From a virus, in UHGV virus genome UHGV-0033517: DNA of 38,521 bases. One strand, given 5' to 3'. Positions 23,584 to 32,064 of this stretch are shown here, piece after piece. Each line of letters starts with the position of its first letter. Position 1 is the stretch's first letter. The translations under genes and the position numbers were made by a program. Under the pieces are notes generated by a model. That model was not told the DNA's origin, did no database searches, and saw only the letters and a list, made by a program, of their open reading frames with translations.

Positions 23584-23823
23584 TTAGCTGGCCTTATCTT
23601 GCGTTTTGCGTAAGTCGTCGGCAAAAAAAACCGAAACCGCCTCCTCTTTAGAATCAAAAAGGATATGGGCAATTTTAATCAAAACCCCGTAGGTGAATTT
23701 TTCGGGGTTTTTTAAGTATCCAGAAAGCGTGTTTCTGTCCACACCTACGTCTTTAGAAAGCGCCGTGATGGTGTACCCACGTTCGGCCATTTTCCCTCGA
23801 AGTTTTTGAGTGTCTACTCTCAT
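23584..23823 (-). CDS. XRE-family HTH regulator (switch cassette 4, leftward)
   Basis: 79 aa. ERGYTITALSKDVGVDRNTLSGYLKN. Confidence 0.55.
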   Translation of the reverse strand: MRVDTQKLRGKMAERGYTITALSKDVGVDRNTLSGYLKNPEKFTYGVLIKIAHILFDSKEEAVSVFFADDLRKTQDKAS

Positions 23824-23839
23824 TTGTTTCCCCCCTTTG

Positions 23840-23990
23840 GACTTTCGTATTGCGTAAGTCTATGATACTATATCGCCGCCGTCTTGTCAATACTTTTTGC
23901 GTATCTTTTTGCGCTAAACGCAAAAAAAATATTGCAATCATTCTTCGAGTGCTATATAATCACATTAAAGATTTAGTAAAAGAGGGAAGT
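23840..23990. promoter_or_regulatory. Divergent regulatory region with TTGCGTAAGTC repeats, palindrome TTTGCGCTAAACGCAAA and promoter TTGCAA, 17 nt, TATAAT
   Basis: TTGCGTAAGTC also occurs at about 23606. The plus promoter sits about 30 nt upstream of the 23996 gene. Confidence 0.45.
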
Positions 23991-23995
23991 GAAAA

Positions 23996-24319
23996 ATGAG
24001 CAATTTATCAACCGTATTAAAAGCCAGAAGAAAAGACCTCGGCTTAACACTTGCCCAAATCGCTGACGAAATGGGTGTGTCCGAAGCCACCGTGCAACGC
24101 TGGGAAAGCGGAAACATTAAATCTATTAGGCACAACAAGGTGGTAAAGCTGGCGCAGCTTCTTGATGTTTCCCCGGCGCAGCTCATGGGTTGGGATATAG
24201 ACACAAACAAAGAAGAATCAATTCTGGACAAAACTCTCCGCAGATTATTAGTTAACGCCACAGAAGAAGATAAACAGGCGTTGATTTTTCTGTTGGAGCG
24301 CTTGCAGGACAAAAAATAA
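23996..24319 (+). CDS. XRE-family repressor-like protein (cI-like candidate)
   Basis: 107 aa. N-terminal HTH LTLAQIADEMGVSEATVQRWESG plus C-terminal dimerisation-like extension. Nearest regulator to the integrase, same strand. Confidence 0.6.
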   Translation: MSNLSTVLKARRKDLGLTLAQIADEMGVSEATVQRWESGNIKSIRHNKVVKLAQLLDVSPAQLMGWDIDTNKEESILDKTLRRLLVNATEEDKQALIFLLERLQDKK

Positions 24320-24321
24320 AA

Positions 24322-24352
24322 GCCTCACCAGAAAGGCCGGTGAGGCAAGGTG
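24322..24352 (+). terminator. Hairpin GCCTCACC...GGTGAGGC after the repressor-like gene (weak T tract)
   Basis: 8-bp perfect stem followed by ..GGTGTTTTG. Confidence 0.35.
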
Positions 24353-24368
24353 TTTTGACCGTATACTT

Positions 24369-24500
24369 TTACAAGCACCAGAGCAGGAGTTTTCTAATCG
24401 CTCCTCTCCACACAACAAACCAGAGAATCGCCAATACCTTGGTGGCGGTTGGCTTGTCGCAGAATTTGAGCATAATCTTTGTGTCGGTGTCATTGTTCAT
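24369..24500 (-). CDS. Possible 43-aa hydrophobic peptide
   Basis: MNNDTDTKIMLKFCDKPTATKVLAILWFVVWRGAIRKLLLWCL with GAAGGGAGAA RBS. TG-extended TAAAAT upstream. Confidence 0.25.
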   Translation of the reverse strand: MNNDTDTKIMLKFCDKPTATKVLAILWFVVWRGAIRKLLLWCL

Positions 24501-24630
24501 AGTTGGTTCTCCCTTCGGGGGTCGGCTAACAATCCACCATGGTTTGTGTAATATTTTAGCACTAGTTTCCATAACTTTCTAGGGCAATGTTTCACAAAAG
24601 CGGCTAAGAAACGGCTAAGAATTTAAATTT

Positions 24631-24668
24631 GTAATAAAACAGAACCCCGCACCGGGGAGGGTGCGGGG
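24631..24668 (-). terminator. Intrinsic terminator (9-bp GC stem CCCCGCACC/GGTGCGGGG plus U tract), minus-oriented
   Basis: Hairpin at about 24645–24668. Minus strand followed by TTCTGTTTTATT. Confidence 0.5.
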
Positions 24669-24787
24669 TCTGTGAAAGGGTAAAAATGTAAAAGGAGAAA
24701 CAGTAGGTAGAACAAGTAACAGAAGGGATTCAGGGGGCAGGGGAGTACCCCCTACAATTACTGTACCACATTATTAAGGTTTACGCA

Positions 24788-24816
24788 ATAAAAAATCCCT
24801 GTGTTCCAGCACAGGG
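24788..24816 (-). terminator. Intrinsic terminator (CCCTGTG/CACAGGG stem plus AUUUUUUAUU), minus-oriented. Shields int from late-operon read-through
   Basis: 7-bp stem with 6-nt loop. T-run on the minus strand. Confidence 0.45.
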
Positions 24817-24919
24817 AAAAAGACTACACCGGGCAGGCCGGATATAGCCACCACCAAGGTCATTATATCACCTGCCCCGGGATTTTGCACGCAAAATTCA
24901 GAAAGGGCGGGTATTTTTT

Positions 24920-25945
24920 ATGCTGAAACGCAAAGACGGTCGTTGGCAGGAAGCGCTTACAACCACCAAAAACGGGGAAACCACAAGAAAATACTTCTAC
25001 GGCAAGACGAAGGCCGAAGTGGCCAAAAAGATGGCGGCATACCAGCAAAAACAGGAAGCTGGCCGCACCTTCGCAGCCGTTGCGGATGAATGGGACACCT
25101 ACCACAGCGAATTGGTCACCTACAACGCCCACGTTGCGTACAAAGCCCCTTACCGTATGGCGGTTGACCGCTTCGGGGATACGCCCATTCGAGAGATAAC
25201 GCCGCCGCAAATCCAGCAGTATATTAAACAGATTGCCGCCAAAGGCTACGCTCGGCGCACCGTGGCGGGGCATTTAACGCTGCTGAACATGATTTTCGAC
25301 TTTGGCGTTGTGTCCGGGGACTTGTTGACAAACCCCACGGCCAGTGTGGCCATTCCCCGGGGGCTTAAAACCACCCCGAGAACCGTTCCCGACAATTCGG
25401 ATATTCAGAAGATAAAGGAAAATCTTCATTTGCCCTTTGGCCTGTTCGCCTATCTGCTGCTTTACACCGGACTGCGCCGGGGCGAAGCGTTGGCCCTGAC
25501 TTATGAGGATATAGACCGGGCCGCCGGGGTTATCCACGTTAATAAGGCGGTGTACTTTGATGTAAACCAACCAGCCGTGAAAGATACAAAGACAAAGGCG
25601 GGAACCCGTACCGTCCCCCTGTTGTCCCCGCTGGAAGCCGCTCTGCCACGCAAGGGCCGTGGGCCGATATTTTGTACCACGGAGGGGAAGCTGCTCACGC
25701 AGACGGTTTTCCGGCGGCGATGGGCGGCCTACCAGAAGGCCACGGGGATTAAGTCAACCCCCCACCAACTCCGTCACCTCTATGCCACCATTTTGTTCGA
25801 GGCGGGGATAGAGGACAAAACCACGCAGGAGATTATGGGGCACTCCTCCATTGCCACCACTCGGGCAATTTATACCCATATCCGGGAACAAAAGCTGGCC
25901 GAAACCACCGACCGATTGAACAGCTATTTCGGCCAAAATATTTGA
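24920..25945 (+). CDS. int: Tyrosine site-specific integrase
   Basis: 341 aa. N-terminal RKDGRWQ arm-type domain. Catalytic-domain signature ..HQLRHLYATILFEAGIEDKTTQEIMGHSSIATTRAIYTH. Confidence 0.85.
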   Translation: MLKRKDGRWQEALTTTKNGETTRKYFYGKTKAEVAKKMAAYQQKQEAGRTFAAVADEWDTYHSELVTYNAHVAYKAPYRMAVDRFGDTPIREITPPQIQQYIKQIAAKGYARRTVAGHLTLLNMIFDFGVVSGDLLTNPTASVAIPRGLKTTPRTVPDNSDIQKIKENLHLPFGLFAYLLLYTGLRRGEALALTYEDIDRAAGVIHVNKAVYFDVNQPAVKDTKTKAGTRTVPLLSPLEAALPRKGRGPIFCTTEGKLLTQTVFRRRWAAYQKATGIKSTPHQLRHLYATILFEAGIEDKTTQEIMGHSSIATTRAIYTHIREQKLAETTDRLNSYFGQNI

Positions 25946-26031
25946 CACCAATTTGACACACAATCCTATGCGATTTTGTGCTAGAATTTGCTATTTTTTG
26001 CCGTCCCAATGTCTTAAAAAAAGTGCGTGTA

Positions 26032-26066
26032 AATGGCGGAAACACGCACTTTTTCGTGGATGAAGA
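26032..26066 (+). terminator. Intrinsic terminator after int (AGTGCGTG/CACGCACT stem plus TTTT)
   Basis: 8-bp stem, 13-nt loop, then TTTTCG. Coordinates +/-1. Confidence 0.5.
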
Positions 26067-26106
26067 TAGCTGGACTTGAACCAGCGACCTCTTGCATGTC
26101 AACCAT
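26067..26106 (-). other. tRNA 3'-end-like fragment (T-arm GCTGG-TTCAAGT-CCAGC plus acceptor strand plus CCA). Putative attP core
   Basis: Minus strand reads ..GAGGTCGCTGGTTCAAGTCCAGCTATCTTCATCCA. No foldable anticodon or D-arm, and no matching 5' acceptor strand upstream, so partial. Confidence 0.4.
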
Positions 26107-26299
26107 GCCAAAACGGCGAGTTTTCGCCATTTGTTTGGGTGCTGACACCAGGCCGACAAAATCACACCGCCGTTGGGTTTTAAAATCTCTTTTGATAATA
26201 GCAAATATCCCGGAGGATTTCAACCGCCGGGCAAACAAAAAGGCCCCCTTTCGGGGGCGTTAATTCTTTTGGGAAACAATATTCCTTATAACATATATT

Positions 26300-26965
26300 T
26301 TACAGTCTGCCCATTCTGTCCAGCACCACGAAAATCCGTATCATATCCTCCGACAGATTCAGTAAATTCGGGTCGGCAAAGGCCCCGGCGGCCACCAGCT
26401 TCTCCACGGTGGCCCGCCCCCATTCGGGCAACGATTCCACGGTTTGATAGTACATAACTTCGTCCTCCTGTTGTTTTTGTTTCAGATAAAAGTCCAGCCG
26501 CCCCCGGAAAAACGTCCAACTAAGCCCGGGCTGAATACAATCTTTTTTGATAAAGATTCGTGGACAGTCTTTGGGATACCAGTCACGGTGCCACTTAATG
26601 TCAGCAATTCCCAAATCGTATTCTCTCATTTTGTCGGCTACAAACTCGGCGGTAGTGTCCAACACGCCCCGGCGGTTGCCGCTTTCAATCATTTCAACGC
26701 TAACAGAAAACCGATTTCCCACCGTGTTTTTACAGTGATAGGCCTCCTCGGTGTCGGGAATGGCCTGAATCACCACTCCGTCACCAACAACGTAGTGAAA
26801 GGACGCTTCCCGCTGGTTAGCCGGATTTTCCAGCCAGTCCCGTTCGTTTTGCGGGGTACTGTTTGGGTTGGCCGTGCTGTGCAAGGTTATACTTTTTACA
26901 GGATAATTCCCCCCGGGCCTCCGAAAAAATCCTTTTGGCAATAACTGCTTCTTTAATTCGTACAT
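26300..26965 (-). CDS. Endolysin, N-acetylmuramoyl-L-alanine amidase (Amidase_2/PGRP-type)
   Basis: Start refined to MYELKKQ (GGAGGGAA RBS). Zn-amidase motifs ..HSTANPNS..ASFHYVV..CKNTVGNRFSVSVEM... Last gene of the late operon. Confidence 0.75.
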   Translation of the reverse strand: MYELKKQLLPKGFFRRPGGNYPVKSITLHSTANPNSTPQNERDWLENPANQREASFHYVVGDGVVIQAIPDTEEAYHCKNTVGNRFSVSVEMIESGNRRGVLDTTAEFVADKMREYDLGIADIKWHRDWYPKDCPRIFIKKDCIQPGLSWTFFRGRLDFYLKQKQQEDEVMYYQTVESLPEWGRATVEKLVAAGAFADPNLLNLSEDMIRIFVVLDRMGRL

Positions 26966-27121
26966 GGTTCCCTCCAAGTCTTTGAATTTGTGGGGCGATT
27001 TAAGCGATTCCCGCCCCGGTCGATAAATTACACGCCGAACAGGCAAAACGCATTCTAGCCCCCTTGTAGGCCATTCTGAGCGGTCATGTAAAAACAGGCC
27101 CCCTTGCGGGGGCTGTTTCGG

Positions 27122-27376
27122 TTACAGGCAAGCCTTGTACAGGGCCACGATTTCGGGAATCTCGGTCATTTTAACCCGTGCGCCGTTCAGGGCGTTCCCG
27201 CCGATATAGGCGGTTTCGAGGTCGTACATGGTCACGTCCTTGCCATCGTGCAAGGGATACCCGTGTTCGCAGGGGACTTCGGTCTCCACCACCTTGCCGG
27301 TGGCGTATTCCCTTGCGGTTTCCCGGCCCTCTACAACGTGCAAGATACCGCCTTTGTCGATGTACGCATAATTCAT
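27122..27376 (-). CDS. Hypothetical protein in lysis cassette
   Basis: Start refined to MNYAYIDKGG (AAAGGAGG RBS). 84 aa. Confidence 0.35.
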   Translation of the reverse strand: MNYAYIDKGGILHVVEGRETAREYATGKVVETEVPCEHGYPLHDGKDVTMYDLETAYIGGNALNGARVKMTEIPEIVALYKACL

Positions 27377-27453
27377 AGCAATGCCTCCTTTGGATTGGTT
27401 GTTTTTATGGTCTGCTGCCATCCGGCAAGCCCCACCAGCAGTTAATAACATGA

Positions 27454-28440
27454 TTATCCCTCCCGAACCAGAGTGATGGTTTTTGTCAGGTCGTCCCACA
27501 ATACCGCATACCCCAGCAGTTCGGCCACGTTCCGCAGCGGCACGAGGGTGCGCCAGCTTTGGGGGTCAACGATGGGGGCTTGCTCCCAAGTTTGGGGTTT
27601 CCCGTCCACCAATACCTCCTGTTTCCCGATGGTCATTTTGATGACGTGTTCGGTCAGGCCGTCATTCTGCAAGTCCACACAACAAAAAGCGTCCAGCCAG
27701 AGTACCCGGAGGCCGGTGTCTTTCGTGCGGTAGTCCAGATAATCATAGGGCAACCAACCGTACCCGTCTGCGCCCCAGTCGGTGCCCCAGCTGTTCTTGA
27801 TTAGCAGGTGCCCGGTATGCCCGGCATGGGTCAGGGTGTCGTCATACCCTACCACCGCAACCGCATGACCGCCGATGGGGATGATTTTATCCGGCAGCGG
27901 GACAAACGGGGATTCTTTTTTCACGGCGTAGATTTCCTTTGTGGCCTGAAACCCCAGCGCTACCGGCTTCCCCAAGGCCAGCGCTTCCTTGATTTCCTGC
28001 ACGCTGGTACACCGGGCGTAATTCCTGGAGCGATACCGATACCCGTAGATTTCAGCGGGGAATTTCAGACTGCCGGGAACATACTGTTCAAAGGGGCAAA
28101 ACATTTCCAGCACCGTCCCGGTCTTGCACATGGCCTTCATCAGCGCCAACAGGTCGCTGCCCTCCTCGCCGGGGTGATTGTCAATGGCCTTGACCTCTTT
28201 CGCCAACGCAAGGGGTGACATATCCTGTTGATAGCCCTTTTCCTTGTATTCCTGTACGTTCTTGATTTCTGCCCCTGTGAAGCTGTGACAGACCCCGGCC
28301 TCGCCCTGGTCACGCACCGGGCCGCAGCACTCCCGCAGGGATACCGCCTTCGGCAACACCGCCGGGGCCTTTAGCACCGACCGCAACAGCCAGTCGGAGG
28401 CGGCCTCCGGGGCTTTTTGTAGGTTCAGCTTGCGTTCCAT
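27454..28440 (-). CDS. Papain-like cysteine peptidase (C1 family) fused to a copper-amine-oxidase-N-type cell-wall-binding domain
   Basis: 328 aa. Catalytic Cys block [13 protein letters not shown], His block [12 protein letters not shown], Asn/Trp block [18 protein letters not shown]-terminal ..[29 protein letters not shown]. Confidence 0.7.
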   Translation of the reverse strand: MERKLNLQKAPEAASDWLLRSVLKAPAVLPKAVSLRECCGPVRDQGEAGVCHSFTGAEIKNVQEYKEKGYQQDMSPLALAKEVKAIDNHPGEEGSDLLALMKAMCKTGTVLEMFCPFEQYVPGSLKFPAEIYGYRYRSRNYARCTSVQEIKEALALGKPVALGFQATKEIYAVKKESPFVPLPDKIIPIGGHAVAVVGYDDTLTHAGHTGHLLIKNSWGTDWGADGYGWLPYDYLDYRTKDTGLRVLWLDAFCCVDLQNDGLTEHVIKMTIGKQEVLVDGKPQTWEQAPIVDPQSWRTLVPLRNVAELLGYAVLWDDLTKTITLVREG

Positions 28441-28441
28441 G

Positions 28442-28669
28442 TTATTCCCCCTTGTCGGTTTTCCGGGTGAAAAAGTAGGTGATAACAGCGGTCACCACGG
28501 CGGTATACAGCTCCGTGGGGATGGGGGTGTCCTGCTTAATCGCCAGATAACACAAAACCCCCACCAGCGCAAAGGTAACAATGCTTTTCACCTCTACCAG
28601 CTTCGCCAGCTTTTCCTTGATAACGCCTTGCTTTTCAGTCATTTCCGTGCCCCCTTTCCAGCTCATCAA
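28442..28669 (-). CDS. Holin (two predicted TM helices)
   Basis: 75 aa. Hydrophobic segments [14 protein letters not shown] and [14 protein letters not shown], charged C-terminus. Adjacent to XhlA-like gene and hydrolases. Confidence 0.5.
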   Translation of the reverse strand: MMSWKGGTEMTEKQGVIKEKLAKLVEVKSIVTFALVGVLCYLAIKQDTPIPTELYTAVVTAVITYFFTRKTDKGE

Positions 28670-28865
28670 TGCGGTGGTGTGCGGATTTCGTGGATTGCTC
28701 CACCGCCACCATACGCTCTACCAGATTATTGTGCTTGGCCACCTTCGCCTCCAACGCCGCCAGCCGGAAGGCCACAAGGCGGTTGCTCTCCCGTACACCG
28801 AACCAGCTGCCGCAAATCGTGCCGACCATGGCGAGGGCTGCCACAATGATGGTTGTCCAGTCCAT
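28635..28865 (-). CDS. XhlA-like lysis-associated membrane protein (TM helix plus coiled coil)
   Basis: Start refined to MDWTTIIVAALAMVGTICGSW. Then LAALEAKVAKHNNLVERMVAVEQ coiled coil. PBSX xhlA-like position. Confidence 0.45.
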   Translation of the reverse strand: MDWTTIIVAALAMVGTICGSWFGVRESNRLVAFRLAALEAKVAKHNNLVERMVAVEQSTKSAHHRIDELERGHGND

Positions 28866-28960
28866 TTTATTCCTCCAATTCCTTTTCCACAGCGGCCCGC
28901 AACCGGGCGGGTACATCATCCAAAGTTTTCAGGCCGACCTGAATCAGTTTGGCATACAGC

Positions 28961-29161
28961 TTAACCATGGTTCGCACCCCCCTCGTAGAGGTCGGCAAGC
29001 GCCTGCATGATAATCATTTGGTTCTCGGCCAGTTCCTGTAAGGAAACCTCAGCTTGCGGTTCTGGTTCGCCCGGCGTGGTAACAGCGGTTTCCAATATCC
29101 GGATTTCGGTTCCGTTGTTATAGGTGCGGATAATATACCCGTTTTCTCTGCGCTCGGTCAT
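28961..29161 (-). CDS. Hypothetical small protein (XkdW/XkdX-like position)
   Basis: 66-aa ORF between the fibre gene and the lysis genes. Confidence 0.3.
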   Translation of the reverse strand: MTERRENGYIIRTYNNGTEIRILETAVTTPGEPEPQAEVSLQELAENQMIIMQALADLYEGGANHG

Positions 29162-29172
29162 GGTTGCCCTCC

Positions 29173-30069
29173 TTAATTAGTAATAACACCATAAGAAATG
29201 GTGGTTTTGACAAAGTCTCCTGTTGCCGTGCCCTTATCTACACAAATCAGCTGCAAACTATTGTGGAATTGCGGGACAAAAGACGGGACAAAGCAAACCA
29301 GGTAAGAAAAAATAGAATTGCCATTCTGGAACGGTGCCCAAGTACAACTAGAGGTTCCGTTTGCCTGCCCACGTTCCCCCCCAAAGAAAAGCTTGGACGA
29401 CACCGAGTTTCCATTGTTTGTATTAACCGTACAGTTTACAATTTCATTCCCATCCGCTATTAACTTCCATGTTGCGCTTTTTACATACTCAAATTCAATG
29501 GTATAAATTTCGCCCGCCCCGGTTATGTTAATGACAACGCTTTGCCCACTCGGCAAATTATCTGCCAGAAAGCTTTGTGTTACCACGTTGCTTCTTGCTT
29601 TTACAATCTGGCCGTTGGTCAGGTTACCCTCTGTCCCCTCTATGACCTTGTTTAACTTCCCCATGACCGTGGTGGTTCCGGTGTCGCTGGACGAACCAAC
29701 CTTCGTGTTCAGGTTGCTTACACCCGTCTGCACGGTCGCCACGTTGGTTTTAACCGTTTGCAAGGTAGCTTCCTTTGCCGCAGCGGTGCTCATGGTTTCC
29801 ACATCGGTCTTAACCTCTTGCAAAGTGGCTTCCTTTGCCGCACTGGTGCTCAGGTTTTCCACATCGGTCTTGACCCCTTGCAGAGTGGATTCCTGTGCCA
29901 CCCCGGTCATGTTGTCGCTCAGGGTGTTCACGCCGGCCTGGGCGGCGTTGACCTGTTTCATTAGGTAATTGTAGCCGTGCTTTGCGTCAAGCCCCACCTC
30001 CGTGCCGTTGGGGCTGATAATCTGCCCGGAAGTCCAGTTCTCGGGCAAGTCTGCGGGTAGTTTTGCCAT
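29173..30069 (-). CDS. Tail fibre / receptor-binding protein with internal 17-aa tandem repeats
   Basis: 298 aa. Repeats ESTLQGVKTDVENLSTSAAKEATLQEVKTDVETMSTAAAKEATLQTVKTNV (about 51-nt DNA repeats at about 29700–29900). C-terminal Asn/Gly-rich head. Confidence 0.55.
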   Translation of the reverse strand: MAKLPADLPENWTSGQIISPNGTEVGLDAKHGYNYLMKQVNAAQAGVNTLSDNMTGVAQESTLQGVKTDVENLSTSAAKEATLQEVKTDVETMSTAAAKEATLQTVKTNVATVQTGVSNLNTKVGSSSDTGTTTVMGKLNKVIEGTEGNLTNGQIVKARSNVVTQSFLADNLPSGQSVVINITGAGEIYTIEFEYVKSATWKLIADGNEIVNCTVNTNNGNSVSSKLFFGGERGQANGTSSCTWAPFQNGNSIFSYLVCFVPSFVPQFHNSLQLICVDKGTATGDFVKTTISYGVITN

Positions 30070-30956
30070 TAGTCTGCCGCCTCCTTAACCTTAATCTTGT
30101 GTAGGAAAATGGTGTTATCCGCAATCGCCACATACACCGGGGAGGACGCCAAAACATTCCCGGTGGAATCCAGCAGCGCCAGAGAGGTCACGGCGCTGGT
30201 GTCGGAGGGCTTCACGGTGTACTGGATACAGGCGGTGTCGCCCTCGGTGTACTTTGTCAGCGTGGTAATATTAACGCTGCCGTTGATTTTCGCCGCCGCC
30301 ACATCCCCGATAACGAAGGTGGCCGTGTCGGTCAATAGCTGTGTCTGAATGCTGTTTTTGGGGATAGTGACCACTCCTTTCTCCTGTGCGCTGGAAAAGG
30401 GCTTTTCCCCCAGTCCCCAGCTCCCCAGCTTATAATTCCAAACGATTTCCGCTAAGGAAAGGGAATGCCCCAGCCCCAGAGCGTCCGAAACCAGCGGGCG
30501 GTTAATATACACGATGTGGGCGGGCTTAATGCCGTTAATGGTGTACGACACTTCGGTGGCCCATTGCTGGTTCTCCACGCTGGATTCAATGTACAGCGTG
30601 TAATTCGGGTAATCCACCGTTACCGTCCACAGCCCCGGCCCAATAATCTGGTCGAGTTTTTGGTACAGGAACCCCAGCGTGAACGGGGGCCGGGTAGAGA
30701 TACGGTTTAATACCCGCTGCCGCCGGAACGCCAGTGTTTCGGTGTCGGGGTTGGGGATGATGTTAAAGACGTGCTCCCACATGGCCACGGCGGTTTCGTC
30801 CATGGTCTGAAAGAAATAGTTGTCGGCCACGGTGTTGATTTCGTCTGCCAGTGCCGCAAACTTATCCGTTTCGGCGGTCATAATCGCCTGATAGTCGATT
30901 ATCTGCCGGAACCAGTCCGGGAGGTATTCCACAAGGTTGCTGTTAAGCCGATACAC
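30069..30956 (-). CDS. XkdU-like (DUF2313) baseplate/tail protein
   Basis: 295 aa. N-terminal YLPDWFRQIIDYQAIMTAETDKF pattern typical of DUF2313. Follows the baseplate J gene. Confidence 0.45.
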   Translation of the reverse strand: MYRLNSNLVEYLPDWFRQIIDYQAIMTAETDKFAALADEINTVADNYFFQTMDETAVAMWEHVFNIIPNPDTETLAFRRQRVLNRISTRPPFTLGFLYQKLDQIIGPGLWTVTVDYPNYTLYIESSVENQQWATEVSYTINGIKPAHIVYINRPLVSDALGLGHSLSLAEIVWNYKLGSWGLGEKPFSSAQEKGVVTIPKNSIQTQLLTDTATFVIGDVAAAKINGSVNITTLTKYTEGDTACIQYTVKPSDTSAVTSLALLDSTGNVLASSPVYVAIADNTIFLHKIKVKEAAD

Positions 30957-32064
30957 TAAGCGTCACCGTCCCCATTGTCGGAACCTGCTGCGTGGTTCCG
31001 GTCTCCGTCAGCACAAGGTCTTGCGTCTGGTTGTTCAGTTTCGTGTTCTCGGCGTTTAAAACCCCGGTCACACCCACAATCGCCGCCACAATCTGCGCCC
31101 GGTATACGTTGGCCGTATACGTCACGCCCCCGGCTACCACGGGGGTGGCCCATGCTTTCCGTACGCTTAACAGGTACGCCGCAATGGCCGCTTCAATGGC
31201 CGGTTTCACCTGCCCAACGGTGTACCCCGGGGCCAGCGTCAGCGTGGAGGACACGTTCACCGTGACCGCCGTGGGGGCCACCACGGTTACCTTAGCACCG
31301 ATGGGCGCAATGCCCAGCCCCAACCCCTGATTGGGGGGCGGGTCAACGGCGTTCTGGACGGTTGTGACCAGCGTACCGGAGGCCGGGGCGAAGTCCGCAC
31401 CCAGAATGGAGCATTTCACCGTGCCGCCGCCGTCCCAAGTGGGGTACACCTGCACCGAACCAACGCCGTCAATGGCGGGGATTTCCGAACGATACGAGGC
31501 CACGTTCCCGCCAAAGGGGCGGTCAGTCAGAGCGGTAATCAGCCGTGCCCGGAGTTCTTCATCGGTCTCGGTGTCGTCACCGGGCACCAAAATATCCGTT
31601 AGCTGGGCCGTGGTCAGCCCTGCAATGAACGTAATCGGCAAAATCGTCCCGGAATAGCTGTTCCCAATCTCCCCGGGGGTCTCGGCGGTCAGCTGATACT
31701 GGTTAGCGGTATCCGTTGCCGCCGTCACGATAAAGTTGATACTGGTTGCGCCGTCCACGGTGGAGAACCGGGAACCCAGAGGCACGGCCATGTTAAACAC
31801 GCCCAGCCGCACCGCCGCCGAGGCCGGGTACCGGGAAATGCCGCCGATAATCGCCAGATAGTCCAGCGATTGGCCCACCGCCGTCTGGACGAAGGCCGCA
31901 CGCTGCACCTGATTCAGCGTTAAATAGTATTCCTCCAGCGCATACGCCGCCGGGCCTAACGCTGTCTGAATCATGCTGCCGTCACGCTTGTCCAGCGTGT
32001 CCGGCACATCATCCAGCATCCCGGCAAGAATATTCTGGTAGGTCTTTTGGGTAAAATCAATCAA
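30943..32064 (-). CDS. Baseplate J-like protein (XkdT-like)
   Basis: 373 aa. Size, position and conserved N-terminal region (..YQNILAGMLDDVPDTLDKRDGSMI..) typical of the Baseplate_J family. Confidence 0.65.
   Translation of the reverse strand: MIDFTQKTYQNILAGMLDDVPDTLDKRDGSMIQTALGPAAYALEEYYLTLNQVQRAAFVQTAVGQSLDYLAIIGGISRYPASAAVRLGVFNMAVPLGSRFSTVDGATSINFIVTAATDTANQYQLTAETPGEIGNSYSGTILPITFIAGLTTAQLTDILVPGDDTETDEELRARLITALTDRPFGGNVASYRSEIPAIDGVGSVQVYPTWDGGGTVKCSILGADFAPASGTLVTTVQNAVDPPPNQGLGLGIAPIGAKVTVVAPTAVTVNVSSTLTLAPGYTVGQVKPAIEAAIAAYLLSVRKAWATPVVAGGVTYTANVYRAQIVAAIVGVTGVLNAENTKLNNQTQDLVLTETGTTQQVPTMGTVTLSVSA

Noticed and set aside
26040-26125. Possibility of a complete tRNA gene after int
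   Set aside because: Only the T-arm, acceptor 3' strand and CCA fold. No anticodon stem-loop or D-arm, and no matching 5' acceptor strand. Treated as an att-site fragment instead.
29173-30069. Tail-fibre gene with internal repeats considered as a diversity-generating retroelement target
   Set aside because: No reverse transcriptase or template repeat anywhere in the genome. The repeats are structural (coiled-coil/beta-helix-like) 17-aa units.
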